Positions 22,145 to 34,077 of a DNA stretch of 64,000 nt are shown here, piece by piece; position 1 is the stretch's first letter, and each line of letters starts with the position of its first letter. This stretch comes from an uncultured delta proteobacterium. GTDB lineage: Bacteria > Myxococcota > Myxococcia > Myxococcales > Anaeromyxobacteraceae. The position numbers were made by a program, and so were the translations under genes. The notes beneath the pieces were generated by a model that was given only the letters and a program-made list of their open reading frames with translations, did not search any database and had not been told where the DNA came from. Where the stretch lies: positions 96,001 through 160,000 of the forward strand of contig CAVYBH010000002.1 in assembly GCA_963766715.1 (NCBI GenBank). Reading direction: 5' to 3'.

Positions 22145-22747
22145 ATGAAGCTCTATTACGTGCCGAAGACGCGGGCCACGCGCCCGCGATGGGTTCTCGA
22201 GGAGCTGGGCATCCCGTACGACCTCGTCCGGCTCGATCCGGGCAAGGGCATGACGCGGACGCCGGAGCACCTGGGGCGCCACCCGCTCGGGCACGTCCCG
22301 GTGCTGGAGGATCGCGGCCACTTCATCTTCGAGTCGGGCGCCATCTGCCTTCACCTGGCGGACCTCTTCCCGGAGAAGCGGCTCCTGCCGCCGGTCGGGT
22401 CGGTCGAGCGGGGGCACGCCTACCAGTGGGTGCTCTTCGCGATGGCCGAGCTCGAGCCGCCGCTCGTCGTCCTCTCGGCCGAGGCGAAGAAGCCCGACGC
22501 CGAGCGGAACGACGCGGTGGTGACCGCCGCCCGGGTCCGGTTCCACCAGTCCGCCGAGGTCCTCGAGGCGGTCCTCCGCGATCGCAAGTACCTGGTGGGC
22601 GACGCCTTCGGCGTGGCCGACGTCATGATCGGCGCCACGCTGGCCTGGGCGCGCGGCATGCGGCTCATCGACGCCATGCCGGCGCTCGAGGGCTACCTCT
22701 CCCGCCTGCGGGAGCGCCCGGCCTGGAAGCAGGCGCTGGCGGACTGA
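22145..22747 (+). CDS. Glutathione S-transferase family protein
   Basis: MKLYY...TRA...WVLEELG, HPLGHVPVL, FESGAIC and YLVGDAFGVAD. Confidence 0.92.
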   Translation: MKLYYVPKTRATRPRWVLEELGIPYDLVRLDPGKGMTRTPEHLGRHPLGHVPVLEDRGHFIFESGAICLHLADLFPEKRLLPPVGSVERGHAYQWVLFAMAELEPPLVVLSAEAKKPDAERNDAVVTAARVRFHQSAEVLEAVLRDRKYLVGDAFGVADVMIGATLAWARGMRLIDAMPALEGYLSRLRERPAWKQALAD

Positions 22748-22760
22748 GCGGGAGGCCCAC

Positions 22761-23159
22761 GTGTCCCCCGAGGAGATCGCCGTCCTGGACGCCAACTCGG
22801 CGTTCTACCGCGCCTTCGTCCGCCGCGACCTGCGCGCCATGGAGCAGCTGTGGGCGATGGGCTCGCCCGTGGCCTGCGTCCACCCCGGCTGGGACATCCT
22901 GCGCGGGCGCGACGCCGTCATGGAGAGCTGGAGGTCGCTCATCGAGGGCGAGACGCCCGCCATCTCCTGCGGAGCGGCCTCGGCCCACGTCGCGGGCGAC
23001 GTGGCCTGGGTCGTCTGCCGGGAGCGCATCCAGGGGGGGCCGGTGCTGGCGGCCACGAACGTCTTCGTCCGGGAGGACGGAGCGTGGCGGCTCTGCCTGC
23101 ACCAGGCGGGGCTCGTGGCCCAGCAGAGCGACGAGCCACCCCCGGGCGCCCAGGCCTGA
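22761..23159 (+). CDS. SnoaL/NTF2-like protein
   Basis: ANSAFYRAF, CVHPGW and ATNVF...W-x4-H. Confidence 0.85.
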   Translation: MSPEEIAVLDANSAFYRAFVRRDLRAMEQLWAMGSPVACVHPGWDILRGRDAVMESWRSLIEGETPAISCGAASAHVAGDVAWVVCRERIQGGPVLAATNVFVREDGAWRLCLHQAGLVAQQSDEPPPGAQA

Positions 23160-23165
23160 CGGGGA

Positions 23166-24279
23166 CTACCTCGGCGCCGCCGCCCAGGCCGCGAGCACCT
23201 GGCCTTCCCGCTCCCGGCTGAGGCCGGCGCGCAGCTTGGCGGTCCGGTCCGCCGGCAGGGTCTTCCACCAGTCGAGCGTGTCCTTCGCGGTCTCCCGCAG
23301 CGGGCGGAACCGAAGGCCTGCCGCCACGGCCCGGGCGATCGAGACCTGGGACATCCCGCTCTCCGCCGTTCCGGCCGGGATCCACACCGGCATGTCCCCC
23401 CAGGGCTCGACCTTCTGCGCCTCGAGGAAGGGCCAGGGCACCCAGACCAGGTTCGCCTTCGCGCCGGTTCCCGCCTGGCAGTCGGCGAGCATCCTCCGCA
23501 TCGAGGTGCGCTCCGCCGGCCCCACGGCGTTGAAGGTGCCGGTGGCCCGCCGGCCGGACATCTCCACCATCCACGTTCCGAGGTCCCGGACGTCGATGAC
23601 CTGGATCGGATCGTCGCCGGTTCCCGGGGCGAGCACGTCGCCTCCCTGGGAGAGCCGGACCGGCCAGTAGGTGAAGCGGTCGGTCGGGTCCCCGGGCCCG
23701 ACGATGAGGCCCGGCCGCACCACCAGCGCGCGCCCGGGCATGGCCGCCTCGGCGGCCCGCTCGCAGGCGGCCTTGAGCGCGCCGTAGTTCGCCCGGACGT
23801 CCTCGGTGGCCGGGTCGGACAGGACGGCGAGCTTCGCGTTCTCGTCCGAGCCTGGGGGGATGGACTCGTCGTAGACCGAGATGGACGAGACGAAGACGTA
23901 GCGGTCGACGGCGGGGGCGAGCAGCTCGGCCGACATCTTCACGAGGCGCGGCACGTACCCGGACGTGTCGATGGCCACGTCCCACTTCCGCCCCTTCAGC
24001 GCGTCGAGCTGGCCATTGCGATCGCCGTGGAGCTGCTCGACGTCGGTGAACTTCCCTGGGTTCGTCTTCCCGCGGTTGAAGAGCGTGACCACGTCGCCCC
24101 GCGCGCGCGCCGCCTCGACCAGGGCGGGCCCCAGGAAGCCCGTGCCCCCGAGGATGAGGATCTTCGACGGAGCGCCCGACAGCGGGCGAGGAGCCGCCCG
24201 GAGCGCCGGTGCGGGGAGCGGCGCACGCGGCGAGCGTGGCCAGGGAGGCCTGGAGGAAGTCGCGACGGGTGAGGGCCAT
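23166..24279 (-). CDS. NAD-dependent epimerase/dehydratase (SDR) with Tat signal and possible lipobox (frame break near 24180)
   Basis: MALTRRDFLQ...LAAC; ILILGGTGFLG, SSISVY, YGALK and RPGLIVGP. Confidence 0.85.
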
Positions 24280-24287
24280 GGGATCTC

Positions 24288-25197
24288 TCAGTGGCGGAAT
24301 TCGGCCGCCATCCGCCTGCGCAGCCGTTCGTCGGGCATGGGGCCCGCGCCGGCGGCGAGGTTGTCCTTCTGGTGGTCCGGCTTGCTGGTGGCCGGGATGG
24401 CGCACGTGACGGCGGGGTGGGAGACGACGAACTTGAGGAAGAACTGGGCCCAGGAGGTCGCGCCGATCTCGCCGGCCCACGCCGGGAGCGGCTTGCCGCG
24501 GACCGCGGCGAAGAGGGCGCCCTCCTCGAAGGGGCGCATGACCAGCACCGCCGTGCCGCTGTCGGCCGCGGCGGGCAGCAGCCGCTTCTCGGCCTCCCGC
24601 GAGCCGATCGAGTAGGGGAGCTGGACGAAGTCGAGCTTCTCGGTGGCGAGCATCCGCTCGAGCAAGCGGGAAGGCCGACTGCGCGTAGTGGGTCACGCCG
24701 AGGTAGCGGATGCGCCCCTGCTCCTTCCAGGCGCGGAGCACGGGGAGGTGGGTCTCCCAGTCGAGGAGGTTGTGCACCTGCATGAGGTCGATGCGGTCGG
24801 TCCGGAGCCGCTTCAGGGACTCCCGCATCTGCGCCTCGCCGGCGGCGCGGCCGGTGGTCCAGACCTTGGTGGCCAGGAACGGGCGCGGCTCCGGACCGGC
24901 CGCGGCGAGCAGGTCGCCCGCGACGCCCTCGGCACGCCCGTACATCGGCGAGGAGTCGACGACGCGCCCGCCGCCGGCGAGGAACAGGCGAACGACCTCG
25001 GCGAGCGGGGCCCGCTCCCCGGACGACGTGCCCACGTCGAAGGTCTGCCAGGTCCCGAGGCCGATGACGGGGAGCCGCTCGGCGCTTCGCGGAATGGGGC
25101 GATCCACCATCGCGGCACCTCCTCCGGCGGCCCGGGCCCGGCCCGCCAGGGACAGCATGCTCCCGGCCGACACCTGAAGGAAATGGCGGCGGGTCAT
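24288..25197 (-). CDS. Aldo/keto reductase with Tat-type signal (frame break near 24665)
   Basis: MTRRHFLQ...ARA; IGLGTWQTF, DSSPMYG, LATKVW, IDLMQVHN and IPATSK. Confidence 0.88.
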
Positions 25198-25205
25198 CGG
25201 GAAGG

Positions 25206-26547
25206 TCACCGGCCTCCCGGTCTCCGGTCCGGACCGCGGCCCGTCCCGGGAAGCTCGCGGCGCCGCTCCTCGCGGGCCTGCCACAGGGCGAGCGCCACGC
25301 CCGCCAGCCCCACCGGCACCGCCAGGAGCAGGCTGCCCGAGACCCCGGCGCCGGCGGCCGAGAGCCCGCGGGCCAGCCAGGCCGAGCCCGCATCGCCGGC
25401 CCGGTAGACCACCGTGTCGATGAAGGCCTTCGACTTGTATCGCTCCTCGCGGGTCACCACGGTGTAGAGGACCTCCCGGGCCGGTCTCTCCACCGAATAG
25501 CTGGCGGCGCGGCGCAGCGCCTGAAAGGCGGCCAGGACCCAGAAGGTGGGCCAGCCGGCGACCAGCGCGAACCCGGCCGCCGTGAGCGCCGGGACGAAGG
25601 CCAGGGCGGCGCCGAGGCCGGCCCAGCCGACGAGCCGCCCGGTGGCCAGCGAGCCGGTGAGCAGCGCGGCGACGTTCACCGCCAGGTCCACGCGCGCGAA
25701 GAGGCGCGTCCGCGACGCGGAGTCGAGCCCGGACGCGGCCACCAGGTGGGCGACCTGGTAGTAGAGCAAGGTCGAGCCCAGGGTGAAGAGGAGCATCTGC
25801 CCCGCGATGGCGAGGAGGTAGCGGTCGCGGAACACGAGGGTCAGCCCGCTCCAGGCGCCCCCGCCCAGCGGTCCCCCCTCGTCCCGCGCCGCCCTCCGCG
25901 GCTCGCGCCTCGGCCGCGCCGCTCCGGTGCGACCAGGCGATGACCCGTCGCATGGCCTGCGTGGCGCCCTCGAGCAGGAGGGCCGAGAGGAGGACCAGGT
26001 TCGGCACGCCGATCAGGCCGACCACGAGGTCGACCGCGGCGGGGCCCGCGATCGCGCCTGCGCTCCCCCCGGCGGCGACGAAGCCGAACAGGCGCTTCCC
26101 CTGGTCCGACGTGAACAGGTCGACGAGCAGGGACCAGAAGACCGACACCACGAAGAGGCCGTAGACGCTGACCCAGACGAAGAAGGCGCGGGCCACCGCC
26201 GCCGGCGCGACCCCGATGCGCAGGAGGACCCAGAACCCGACCAGGGTGACGAGGAAGAAGCGGTAGACGAGCGGGATGGCCCGGGCCCGCGGCAGGCGGG
26301 CGACCAGCCGCGAGTAGAGGGGCAGGGCGACGAGCATCAGGGCGAAGGTCGCCGTGAAGTTCCAGGGAAGGTTCTCCACCCCGCCGCGGATGCCCATCTC
26401 CTCGCGGAGCGAGCGCAGCACGTAGTACCCGGCGAGCAGCGAGAAGAAGGAGCCGAAGGCCCACGCCGCAGTCGCTCCCTCGCCCGGCCGGGCGTCGACG
26501 AGGCGCGCCAGGGGTCCTGCACGAGGGGAGCGTTCGGATCCGCGCAC
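25206..26547 (-). CDS. MFS transporter related to AAA/NTT (ATP/ADP translocase-like) nucleotide transporters (frame break near 25870)
   Basis: YYVLRSLRE, VSVFWS...QGKRLFG and RPAREVLYT...ERYKSKAFIDTVVYRAGD. Confidence 0.78.
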
Positions 26548-26574
26548 GGCGCCGGACTCTACTAGAAGACCGGG

Positions 26575-27454
26575 ATGGAAGAGATCCGGCTCCGGGCCGG
26601 CGGCATCGACTTCTTCGCCCTCGCGGACGGCCCTCCCGGCGGTCCGCTCGTGCTGCTGCTGCACGGGTTCCCGGAGCTGTCCCGTTCCTGGCGCCACCAG
26701 CTCCCCGCGCTGGCCGCGGCGGGGTACCGCGCCGTGGCGCCCGACCTCCGAGGCTACGGCCGGACCGGCAAGGACGGTCCGTACGATCTGGGGACGCTCT
26801 CCCGCGACGTGCGGGACCTGGTCCGGGCGCTCGGCCGGGAGCGCGCGGTCGTGGTGGGGCACGACTGGGGCGGCGCGGTCGCCTGGGCGACGGCCGTGCT
26901 GGAGCCCGGGTGGTGGAGCGGCTGGTGGTGATGAACTGCCCGCACCCTGGCGTCATGGCCGACGAGCTTCGGGGCAACGTCCGCCAGATGCTGCGCTCCT
27001 GGTACATGCTCCTCTTCCAGATCCCCTGGCTTCCGGAGTGGCTCCTCACCCGCCGACGGGGGAGCGGCGGTCGGGCGCTCCCTGCGGGGCGGCTCCCACG
27101 TGCGCGAGGCCTGGCCGCGCGAGGAGACGGCCCACTACCAGCGGGCCATGCTCGAGCCGGGCGCGGCCCGCGGCGCCCTCGGCTACTACCGCGCCATCTT
27201 CCGGGCACCCGCTCTCGCTGCGCCGGGAGGGGCGGGCCCACCCCATCGCCGCGCCCACCCTGATCGTCTGGGGAGCGAGGGACCGCTTCCTGGGGCAGGA
27301 GACCATCGCGCCGGAGCGGATGGCGCCCTACCTCGCCCCGGGGAACCGGGCCGAGGTGGTGCTCCTCGGGGAGGCGGGCCACTTCGTCCAGAGCGAGGCC
27401 CCGGAGCGGGTGAACGAGGCGCTCCTGGGCTGGCTCGGCCGGCCGCGCGCCTGA
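26575..27454 (+). CDS. Alpha/beta hydrolase, epoxide hydrolase-like (about 3 frame breaks)
   Basis: LLHGFPE, APDLRGYG, GHDWGG nucleophile motif and AGHFVQ. Confidence 0.9.
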
Positions 27455-27480
27455 ACGCGCCTCCCGTCGCGGGATGCGCT

Positions 27481-30400
27481 CTACAGCTGCACGACCCTGG
27501 CCTGCTGCGCCTGGGCGCGGAAGCGCTCCTGCCAGCCGGGGCCAGAGACGCGCGAAGCCACCTCGACCGCCAGGTGGCGGGCCACCACGCCCAGCGCCGC
27601 GTTCCGCCCCAGCCCTTGCACGCAGGACGGGCAGTTGGTGAGCATCAGCGTGCCATTCGGGCGCCCCTCCATGGCCTCCTTCACCGAGGCGGCCTTGCGG
27701 TGGAGCATGGAGTCGGTGATGTCGGGGCGCGACAGGGCCAGCGTCCCGGCCTCGGAGCAGCAGTTCGGGACCTCGACCGCGTCGAACCCGGCGCGACGGG
27801 CGGTGGCGACGCCGTTGGCGTGCAGCGAGTCGTGGCAGGGGGCGTGGTAGAGCGCCGACTGCATCCCCTCGACCTTCAGGCCGGCGTCGAGCGCGAAGGC
27901 CACCACGTCCGTCACCGGGGCGCCGAAGATCTTCTCGATCTCCATCCCCGTGAGGCCGTCCATGCAGGTGCCGCAGCTCACCACCACCCCGTCGAACTCG
28001 AGGTGGGAGAACATGTCCCGGATCTGGCTGAAGAGGATGGTGTCGCGGAGCACCGTGCGGCCGTGCTGCTCGGTCAGCGCGTTCGCGTGGGCCGGGAAGC
28101 CGCAGCACAGGAAGGGCGGCGGGAGGACCACGCGGGTGCCGGCCTCGAGGAGCAGGTGGATGGAGGCCTGCGAGATCCGGGAGAAGAGCCGCTCCGAGCC
28201 GCAGCCCGGGAAGTAGAACACGGTGCGCTTCGCCTCTCCCTCCGGCTCGAGCAGGAGCGCCTGGTCGCCCCGGCACTCGGGGACCAGGTCGCGCAGCGTG
28301 CCCTCGTCGGCAGGCGTCACCGGCGAGCGCAGCGTGGCCAGGATGCGGGAGCTCGAGTCGAGCTTCTGGAGCGGCTGCGTCACCTCGTAGCCGGCCCGCT
28401 GGACCGCGCCGCCGATGCGGACGAGCGCGGTGCGGAAGAGGGCGTTGCCGACGCGCGAGCGGGTGTCGAGGTAGCGGAGCGTGAGCCGGGTGGGGAGCGG
28501 CATCCGCTTGAAGCCGCGCGCCGCCAGGATCTCCCGCTCGATGACCGTGACCTCGCCGGTGTCGATGTCGACCGGGCAGGGCTTCAGGCACTTGTGACAG
28601 ATGGTGCAGTGGTCGGCGACCTCCTCGAGGTAGCGGAGGAGCTCGAAGGAGCCGGAGCGCTCCCGCTGCGCGTCGTAGAGGAGCGCCTCGATGAGGGCCC
28701 CGATGGCCAGGTTCTTGTTGCGCGGATGGAAGAACATCCCGCGCGCCGGGTAGAAGACGCAGCAGTCGGGCTTGCACTTCCCGCAGCGGACGCAGGTGGC
28801 GATGCGCTTCGCCAGCTCCTCGAGCTGGCCGTGCTGGAGGATGCGGGCCTCCAGCTTCAGGAGGTTGAAGCTGGGGGTGTAGATCTGGTCGAGGGCCGCC
28901 AGGTCGGAGAGCTTCCCCGGGTTCATCAGCCCGTCCGGGTCGACGCCCTTGCGGTAGGCCTCGAGCTCCTTGCGCCGCTCCGGGTCCCAGTACTTGAGCT
29001 TGGTGACGCCGATCCCGTGCTCGCCCGAGACGACGCCGCCCAGCTCGTGGACCCGCTCGAAGACCTTCTCGACCACGGCGTCGGCGCGGCGGAGCATCTG
29101 CCGGTCGTTCGAGAGCACCGGGATGTTCACGTGCACGTTGCCGTCGCCGGCGTGCATGTGGGTGGCGAGCACGATGAGGCGGGCGCGCACCTCGTCCCAG
29201 ATGGACTGGAGGGTGGTGGCCACCTTGGGGTAGCTGCCCAGCAGGGCGCCCAGGTCCTGGCGCAGCCGGTTGCTCACCAGCGAGCGACCGGACGTCGGCC
29301 TCGCCGGCCGACTCGATGGCCTCGCGGGCGCGCGTGCAGGCGGCGAGCGCCGCCTCCAGCTTGGGCGCCCAGAGCGCGTCCTCCGGCGTGGGCACGCCGC
29401 GCAGGTAGGTCTCGGCGCGCCGGACGAAGTTCTCCTGCCCGTGCCGCTCCTCGTGCACGTTCATCGCGTCGATGAAGAGCGAGAACTCGGCGAGCGCGGT
29501 GAGCGGGAGGACCACGTCCTCGTTGATCTTGAAGGCGTTCGTCCGCCGGGCGATGGCGCCGAGCTTCTTGCGGTCGGCCCAGAAGCGCTTGCCCTCGGCC
29601 GCGTCCCGGGCCTCGGCGAGGAAGGTGTTGGCGTGAGGCGACAGGATGGAGCGGATCCGGGCCACCCCGCGCGCCACCTCCTCGGGGGTGTGGCCCACCA
29701 CGTCGACGATGATGACCGCCTTGGGCGTCTCGGCGCGCGGGGCCTTCACCTGGTAGCCGATGGCCTTCACGTACTGATCGTCGAAGTGCTCGAGCGCCGA
29801 CAGGGCCTCCTCGCCCCGGTTCGGCATCTCCCGGGCGATCTCCAGGATCACCTCGCTGGCCTCGTCGAAGTCGGGGCCGAAGAACTCCAGGCACAGGGTG
29901 CGGGTCTGCGGATAGGCGGGGTAGAGGATGAACTCGGCCGACGTGATGACGCCGTCGGTGCCCTCCTTCTGCACGCCGGGCAGCCCGCCCAGCGCCTTGT
30001 TCGTGATGTCCTTCCAGAGGCCCCGCTTGCGGATCTCGCTGCCCAGCAGCGAGATCTCGCGGACCAGGCCGCCCGCCGCGTCCCGGACCTCGAAGCGGAC
30101 CACGTCGTCGAAGAGGATCTTGCGGAGCTGGTGGTTCACGCGGCGCACGATCCAGTCGTGGCCGCCGGGCATGGCGATGCGGAACGAGACCAGGTTGTCG
30201 ATGCAGGTGCCCCACAGCACGCAGTCCTTGCCGCCCGCGTTCTCGGCGATGTTGCCGCCGATGGTGCAGGCCCAGGCGCTGGTGGGATCGGTCGCGAAGA
30301 CCAGCCCGTGGTGGGTGGCGTGCTCCATCGCGGCCTCGGTGATGACGCCGGCCTCGAGGTCGATCAGGTGGCCCTCCACGGTTCGCCCGTCGTCGAGGAC

Positions 30401-31087
30401 GAACGGGCGGGTGGAGATGCCCCGGATCCGGTTCAGCTTCTCGGTGTTCACCATCACGCAGTCGGGCGTGAGCGGGATGGCGCCGCCGGTCAGGCCGGTC
30501 CCGGCGCCGCGCGGGATGGCGTGGAGCCCCAGGCTGCGGATGGTGGCGAGGAGCGGGGCCACCTGCGACTCGTCGGTGGGGGTGACCACGGCGAGGGGGA
30601 GGTGGAGCCGCCAGTCGGTGGCGTCGGTGGCGTGGGCCACCAGCGTGAACGGATCGAGCAGCACGTTCTCGCGCCCCACCACGGCGCCGAGCGCGCGGCG
30701 CAGGCGGGCGTGCAGGTCGGGCGCGCGACGCACCTCCTCGCGGACGCCGTCGAGCATGCGCCTCGCCTCGGCCAGGACCTCGAGGACCTCGGTGTCCCGG
30801 CCCGCGCCCTCCTGGATGAGCCGGAGGTTGGTCTCGGCGTCGCCGAAGAAGCGCTTCCGCCGGCGGGAGGAGATGACGAGCTCGTGGCGCAGGTAGGGAT
30901 TGCGCCGGTGGACCAGCACCTCGCCGAAGACCCGCATGAGGAGGCGCGCCGAGCGCCCGGTGACGCGGCGCTCGCGAAGGTCCTCGAGCTTCTTCCAGAC
31001 CCCCTTGCCGAGCAGCGACGACACGGCCTGCCGGTCGTCGGCCGACGTGTAGTTGTAGGGGATCTCGCGGTGGCTGGGATTCGTCAT
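27481..31087 (-). CDS. Large FAD-binding and Fe-S (CCG-domain) oxidoreductase, DUF3683/DUF3400 type (frame break near 29280)
   Basis: REIPYNYTS N-terminus, PRGAGTGLTGGA, IGGNIAENAGG, HAGDGNVH, SGEHGIG, CVRCGKC/CTICHKC, FPGC, CCG and CPSC. Confidence 0.88.
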
Positions 31088-31256
31088 GTTCCTCCCCGCC
31101 CTCGGGCGGAACAGGACTCAGTAGCAGGTTCCGTGCCCCCGGCCCAGCATGGTTAATGTAATAAATCTATGTGGTTGAACTGGCAGGCCCCCGGCCGGGT
31201 CGCAGAAAAATATGCGCCCCTGGCCGGGACCCGCCACGCCAGCGCCGCCGCGCCGG

Positions 31257-31497
31257 CTAGCCCTTCTTCATCGTCTCGGTAAACGTCGCGACCGCAGCCT
31301 TCTCGGCCTCCCGGACGGCGATGCGGAACCCGCCCGATCGACTCCCGGGCGTCCTCGCCCATCGCGAGCAGCTTCTGGCGGGTCTTCTGCCCCGACTCGG
31401 GCGCGAAGAGGAGCGCGACCACGCCTCCGACCGCCGCGCCCGCAAGGAATGCGAAGAGCACCGTTCCTGCGCCGACTCCACCGTTTTGCTGGCTCAT
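31257..31497 (-). CDS. YtxH-domain small protein (frame break near 31330)
   Basis: FLAGAAVGGVVALLFAPESGQKTR. Confidence 0.8.
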
Positions 31498-31929
31498 CCT
31501 GAAGCCTCCTTCCTCTGCTGTGTGGAACTCTCGCGGCGCCGCCGGCTCGGCGGCGCGGCCCGTGAAGGGTCCTCGGACATCTCCCCCTTCCAGGCCCGGA
31601 CCGCCGCGATCACCGCGGGGACCACCGCCGCCGAGACGTTTCCGGCGATCTGCATGGTGCCGCGCATCTGGTTCACGCAGGTGGGCCGCGTTGGTGAGTC
31701 CGTCGACGATCTCGTTGATCTTGCCGTCCTTCTCCAGCGCCGCGCCCAGCCGGTCGAGCCGCTGGGAGGTGTTGTGGATCGCCACCATCGCGGCCTCGAT
31801 GTCCTTGGCGCTCTTGTCCATCACGGAGCGCAGCGTGCGCAGCGTGCCGTAGAGCTGCGCGAGCAGCGGCAAGAGCGCGCCGACGAAGACCGCCGCCAGC
31901 ACCAGGAGTGCGACCTGCCAACCTTCCAT
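31494..31929 (-). CDS. Hypothetical membrane-anchored coiled-coil protein, DUF948-like (frame break near 31680)
   Basis: N-terminal TM plus helical region; coupled to the YtxH gene. Confidence 0.6.
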
Positions 31930-32017
31930 TCGGCCTCCGAGGATGGCGCGCGAGGACGGCGCCTCGTTCGGATCATGCTCCCGGCGCGAGCGCCCGCGCC
32001 CGGTCCCATTTGAGGGG

Positions 32018-32698
32018 TCAGGCGGACCCGGGCGAGCCCAAGTGCCCGGTATCACGAGATATCGCTGCCGGGACGTCGCGAGGGTGGCGCCGCCGGAAGC
32101 GCTTCAGCCGCACCGCGTCCTCCCGGGAGCGCTCGTCGAGGGTCCCCTCCACCCGGGCCGCCTCGCGCGACAGCCGGGGGACGAGCAACTGCTCGAGGGC
32201 GTTGATGCGGCGGGAGGTGTCCCGGATCTCCTCCCCGAGCCGGCGCAGGTGCAGCTCGCGCGAGGCGATGGAGAGCAGCACCTCGAGCGCCTCCTCGTGA
32301 CGCCGGGCGGCGTCGAAGGCGGAGAGGGACACGCCGATGGGCGAGCCGCCGCGGGCGGCAGGGCCCCGGGCGAGGCGGGGCGCCTCGACCCGCGGGACGG
32401 GCAGTCCCCAGACGCGGCGCAACGTGACCACCACCGGAACCTCCCGGGCGCCGGCCACCGCGAGGGACTCGAGCGCGGCCCGGCCCTCCCGCGCGCGGGC
32501 CACCGTGAGGGCGCGCGCCGCGTCGAGCAGCGCCGCGTCCAGGCGCTCCCGGCCCTCCACCACGTCCCGCATCAGGCGGAAGAACTCGCTCGCCAGGACC
32601 TCCCGCTTTCCCCGGAGCAGCCGCGCGCCCTTCCCGGCGAGCGCGAGGCGCGCGCGGGCCTCGAGGAGCCCCATCCTCGTGGTGGGCGTCCGGCTCAT
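32018..32698 (-). CDS. atpD: V/A-type ATP synthase subunit D
   Basis: PTTRMGLL...G-x2-LLRGKRE and EEIRDTSRRINALEQ. Confidence 0.92.
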   Translation of the reverse strand: MSRTPTTRMGLLEARARLALAGKGARLLRGKREVLASEFFRLMRDVVEGRERLDAALLDAARALTVARAREGRAALESLAVAGAREVPVVVTLRRVWGLPVPRVEAPRLARGPAARGGSPIGVSLSAFDAARRHEEALEVLLSIASRELHLRRLGEEIRDTSRRINALEQLLVPRLSREAARVEGTLDERSREDAVRLKRFRRRHPRDVPAAISRDTGHLGSPGSA

Positions 32699-34077
32699 CC
32701 GGCCTCCTTCGGCCGGTGGCGCTCGACCAGGTCGGGCCGGATGCGGGTGAGCGCCTCGGCGGGGAAGCTGGAAAGCAGCCGCCAGCCGATGGCCAGCGTC
32801 TCCTCGAGCGGGCGGAATCCCCCGCCCTGGTTCACGAGCTCCTTCTCGAAGCGATCCGAGAAGTCGAGGAACCGGCGCTCCTCGTCTCCCAGGTTGGCGA
32901 TGCCGACGATGGCCGCCATGCGCCGCACGTCCACCCCGCGCGCGTGGAAGGAATAGATCTGGTCGGCCAGCGGGCGGTGGTCGGCCCGGGTGCGCCCCTC
33001 GCCGGCGCCCAGCCCCATGAGGCGGGAGAGGGACGGCAGGACGTCCACCGGCGGGAAGATCCCGCGGCGATCGAGGTCGCGGGAGAGGACGATTTGACCC
33101 TCGGTGATGTAGCCGGTGAGGTCGGGGACGGGGTGGGTGAGGTCGTCGTCCGGCATGGTCACCACCGGGATCTGGGTCACCGATCCGGGCCGGCCGGAGA
33201 GCCGTCCGGCGCGCTCGAAGAGGCTCGCCAGGTCGGTGTAGAGGTAGCCGGGGTAGCCGCGCCGCCCCGGAAGCTCGTCGCGGGCCAGCGCCACCTCCCG
33301 CAGGGCCTCGCAGTAGGCGGTCATGTCGGTGAGGATCACCAGCACGTGCATCCCGTGGGTGAAGGCGAGGTGCTCGGCGCAGGTGAGCGCGCAGCGCGGG
33401 GTGAGGAGCCGCTCGATGGGCGGGTCGTCGGCGCGGTTCAGGAACACCACCGTCCGGTGCAGGGCGTCCGAGTCGGCGAACGAGTCCAGGAACTCCTGGC
33501 ACTCCCGGAACGGCGCGCCGATGGCCGCGAAGACCACCGCGAACGGATCGCCGCCCCGGACCCGGGCGTTGCGGACGATCTGGGCCGCCAGCCGCGACGC
33601 CGGCAGGCCGGCGCACGAGAAGATGGGGAGCTTCTGTCCGCGGACGAGCGTGTTCATCCCGTCGATGGCCGAGATCCCGGTCTCGATGAACTCGGAGGGC
33701 TTGGCGCGGCGGGTGACGTTCATGGGCGCGCCGTTCACCGGGAGCAGCGCCTCCGGGATCGGCGCCGGGAGGCCGTCGGCAGGGCGGCCCGTCCCGTCGA
33801 AGGTGCGTCCGAGCATGGCGCGGGCCACCGGCAGGCTGGCCACCTCGCCGGAGAGGATCACCTCCGTGCGGTCGGGGGCGATGCCGCGCGTCTCCTCGAG
33901 CACCTGGATGGCGGCGAGCTCCTCCGAGACCTCGATCACCTGGCCGCGCCGCTCCTCGTCCCCGGAGCGGATGCGGACGATCTCCCCCAGCCGCGCGCGG
34001 CGGGCGCCGCGCACGAAGAGGAGCGGCCCGCGCAGCGCGCTGGCCGTGCGAAGGCGGCGGGTGACGAGGTCGGTCAT
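32695..34077 (-). CDS. atpB: V/A-type ATP synthase subunit B
   Basis: [36 protein letters not shown] and TGYITEGQ. Confidence 0.97.
   Translation of the reverse strand: MTDLVTRRLRTASALRGPLLFVRGARRARLGEIVRIRSGDEERRGQVIEVSEELAAIQVLEETRGIAPDRTEVILSGEVASLPVARAMLGRTFDGTGRPADGLPAPIPEALLPVNGAPMNVTRRAKPSEFIETGISAIDGMNTLVRGQKLPIFSCAGLPASRLAAQIVRNARVRGGDPFAVVFAAIGAPFRECQEFLDSFADSDALHRTVVFLNRADDPPIERLLTPRCALTCAEHLAFTHGMHVLVILTDMTAYCEALREVALARDELPGRRGYPGYLYTDLASLFERAGRLSGRPGSVTQIPVVTMPDDDLTHPVPDLTGYITEGQIVLSRDLDRRGIFPPVDVLPSLSRLMGLGAGEGRTRADHRPLADQIYSFHARGVDVRRMAAIVGIANLGDEERRFLDFSDRFEKELVNQGGGFRPLEETLAIGWRLLSSFPAEALTRIRPDLVERHRPKEAG

Noticed and set aside
22939..31087. Apparent giant fusions (1307-aa and 1748-aa ORFs)
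   Set aside because: Frame breaks stitch separate genes together; each component has its own start, stop and motifs.
31151..31172. Fur box in the AT-rich tract
   Set aside because: Only about 9 of 19 positions match GATAATGATAATCATTATC.
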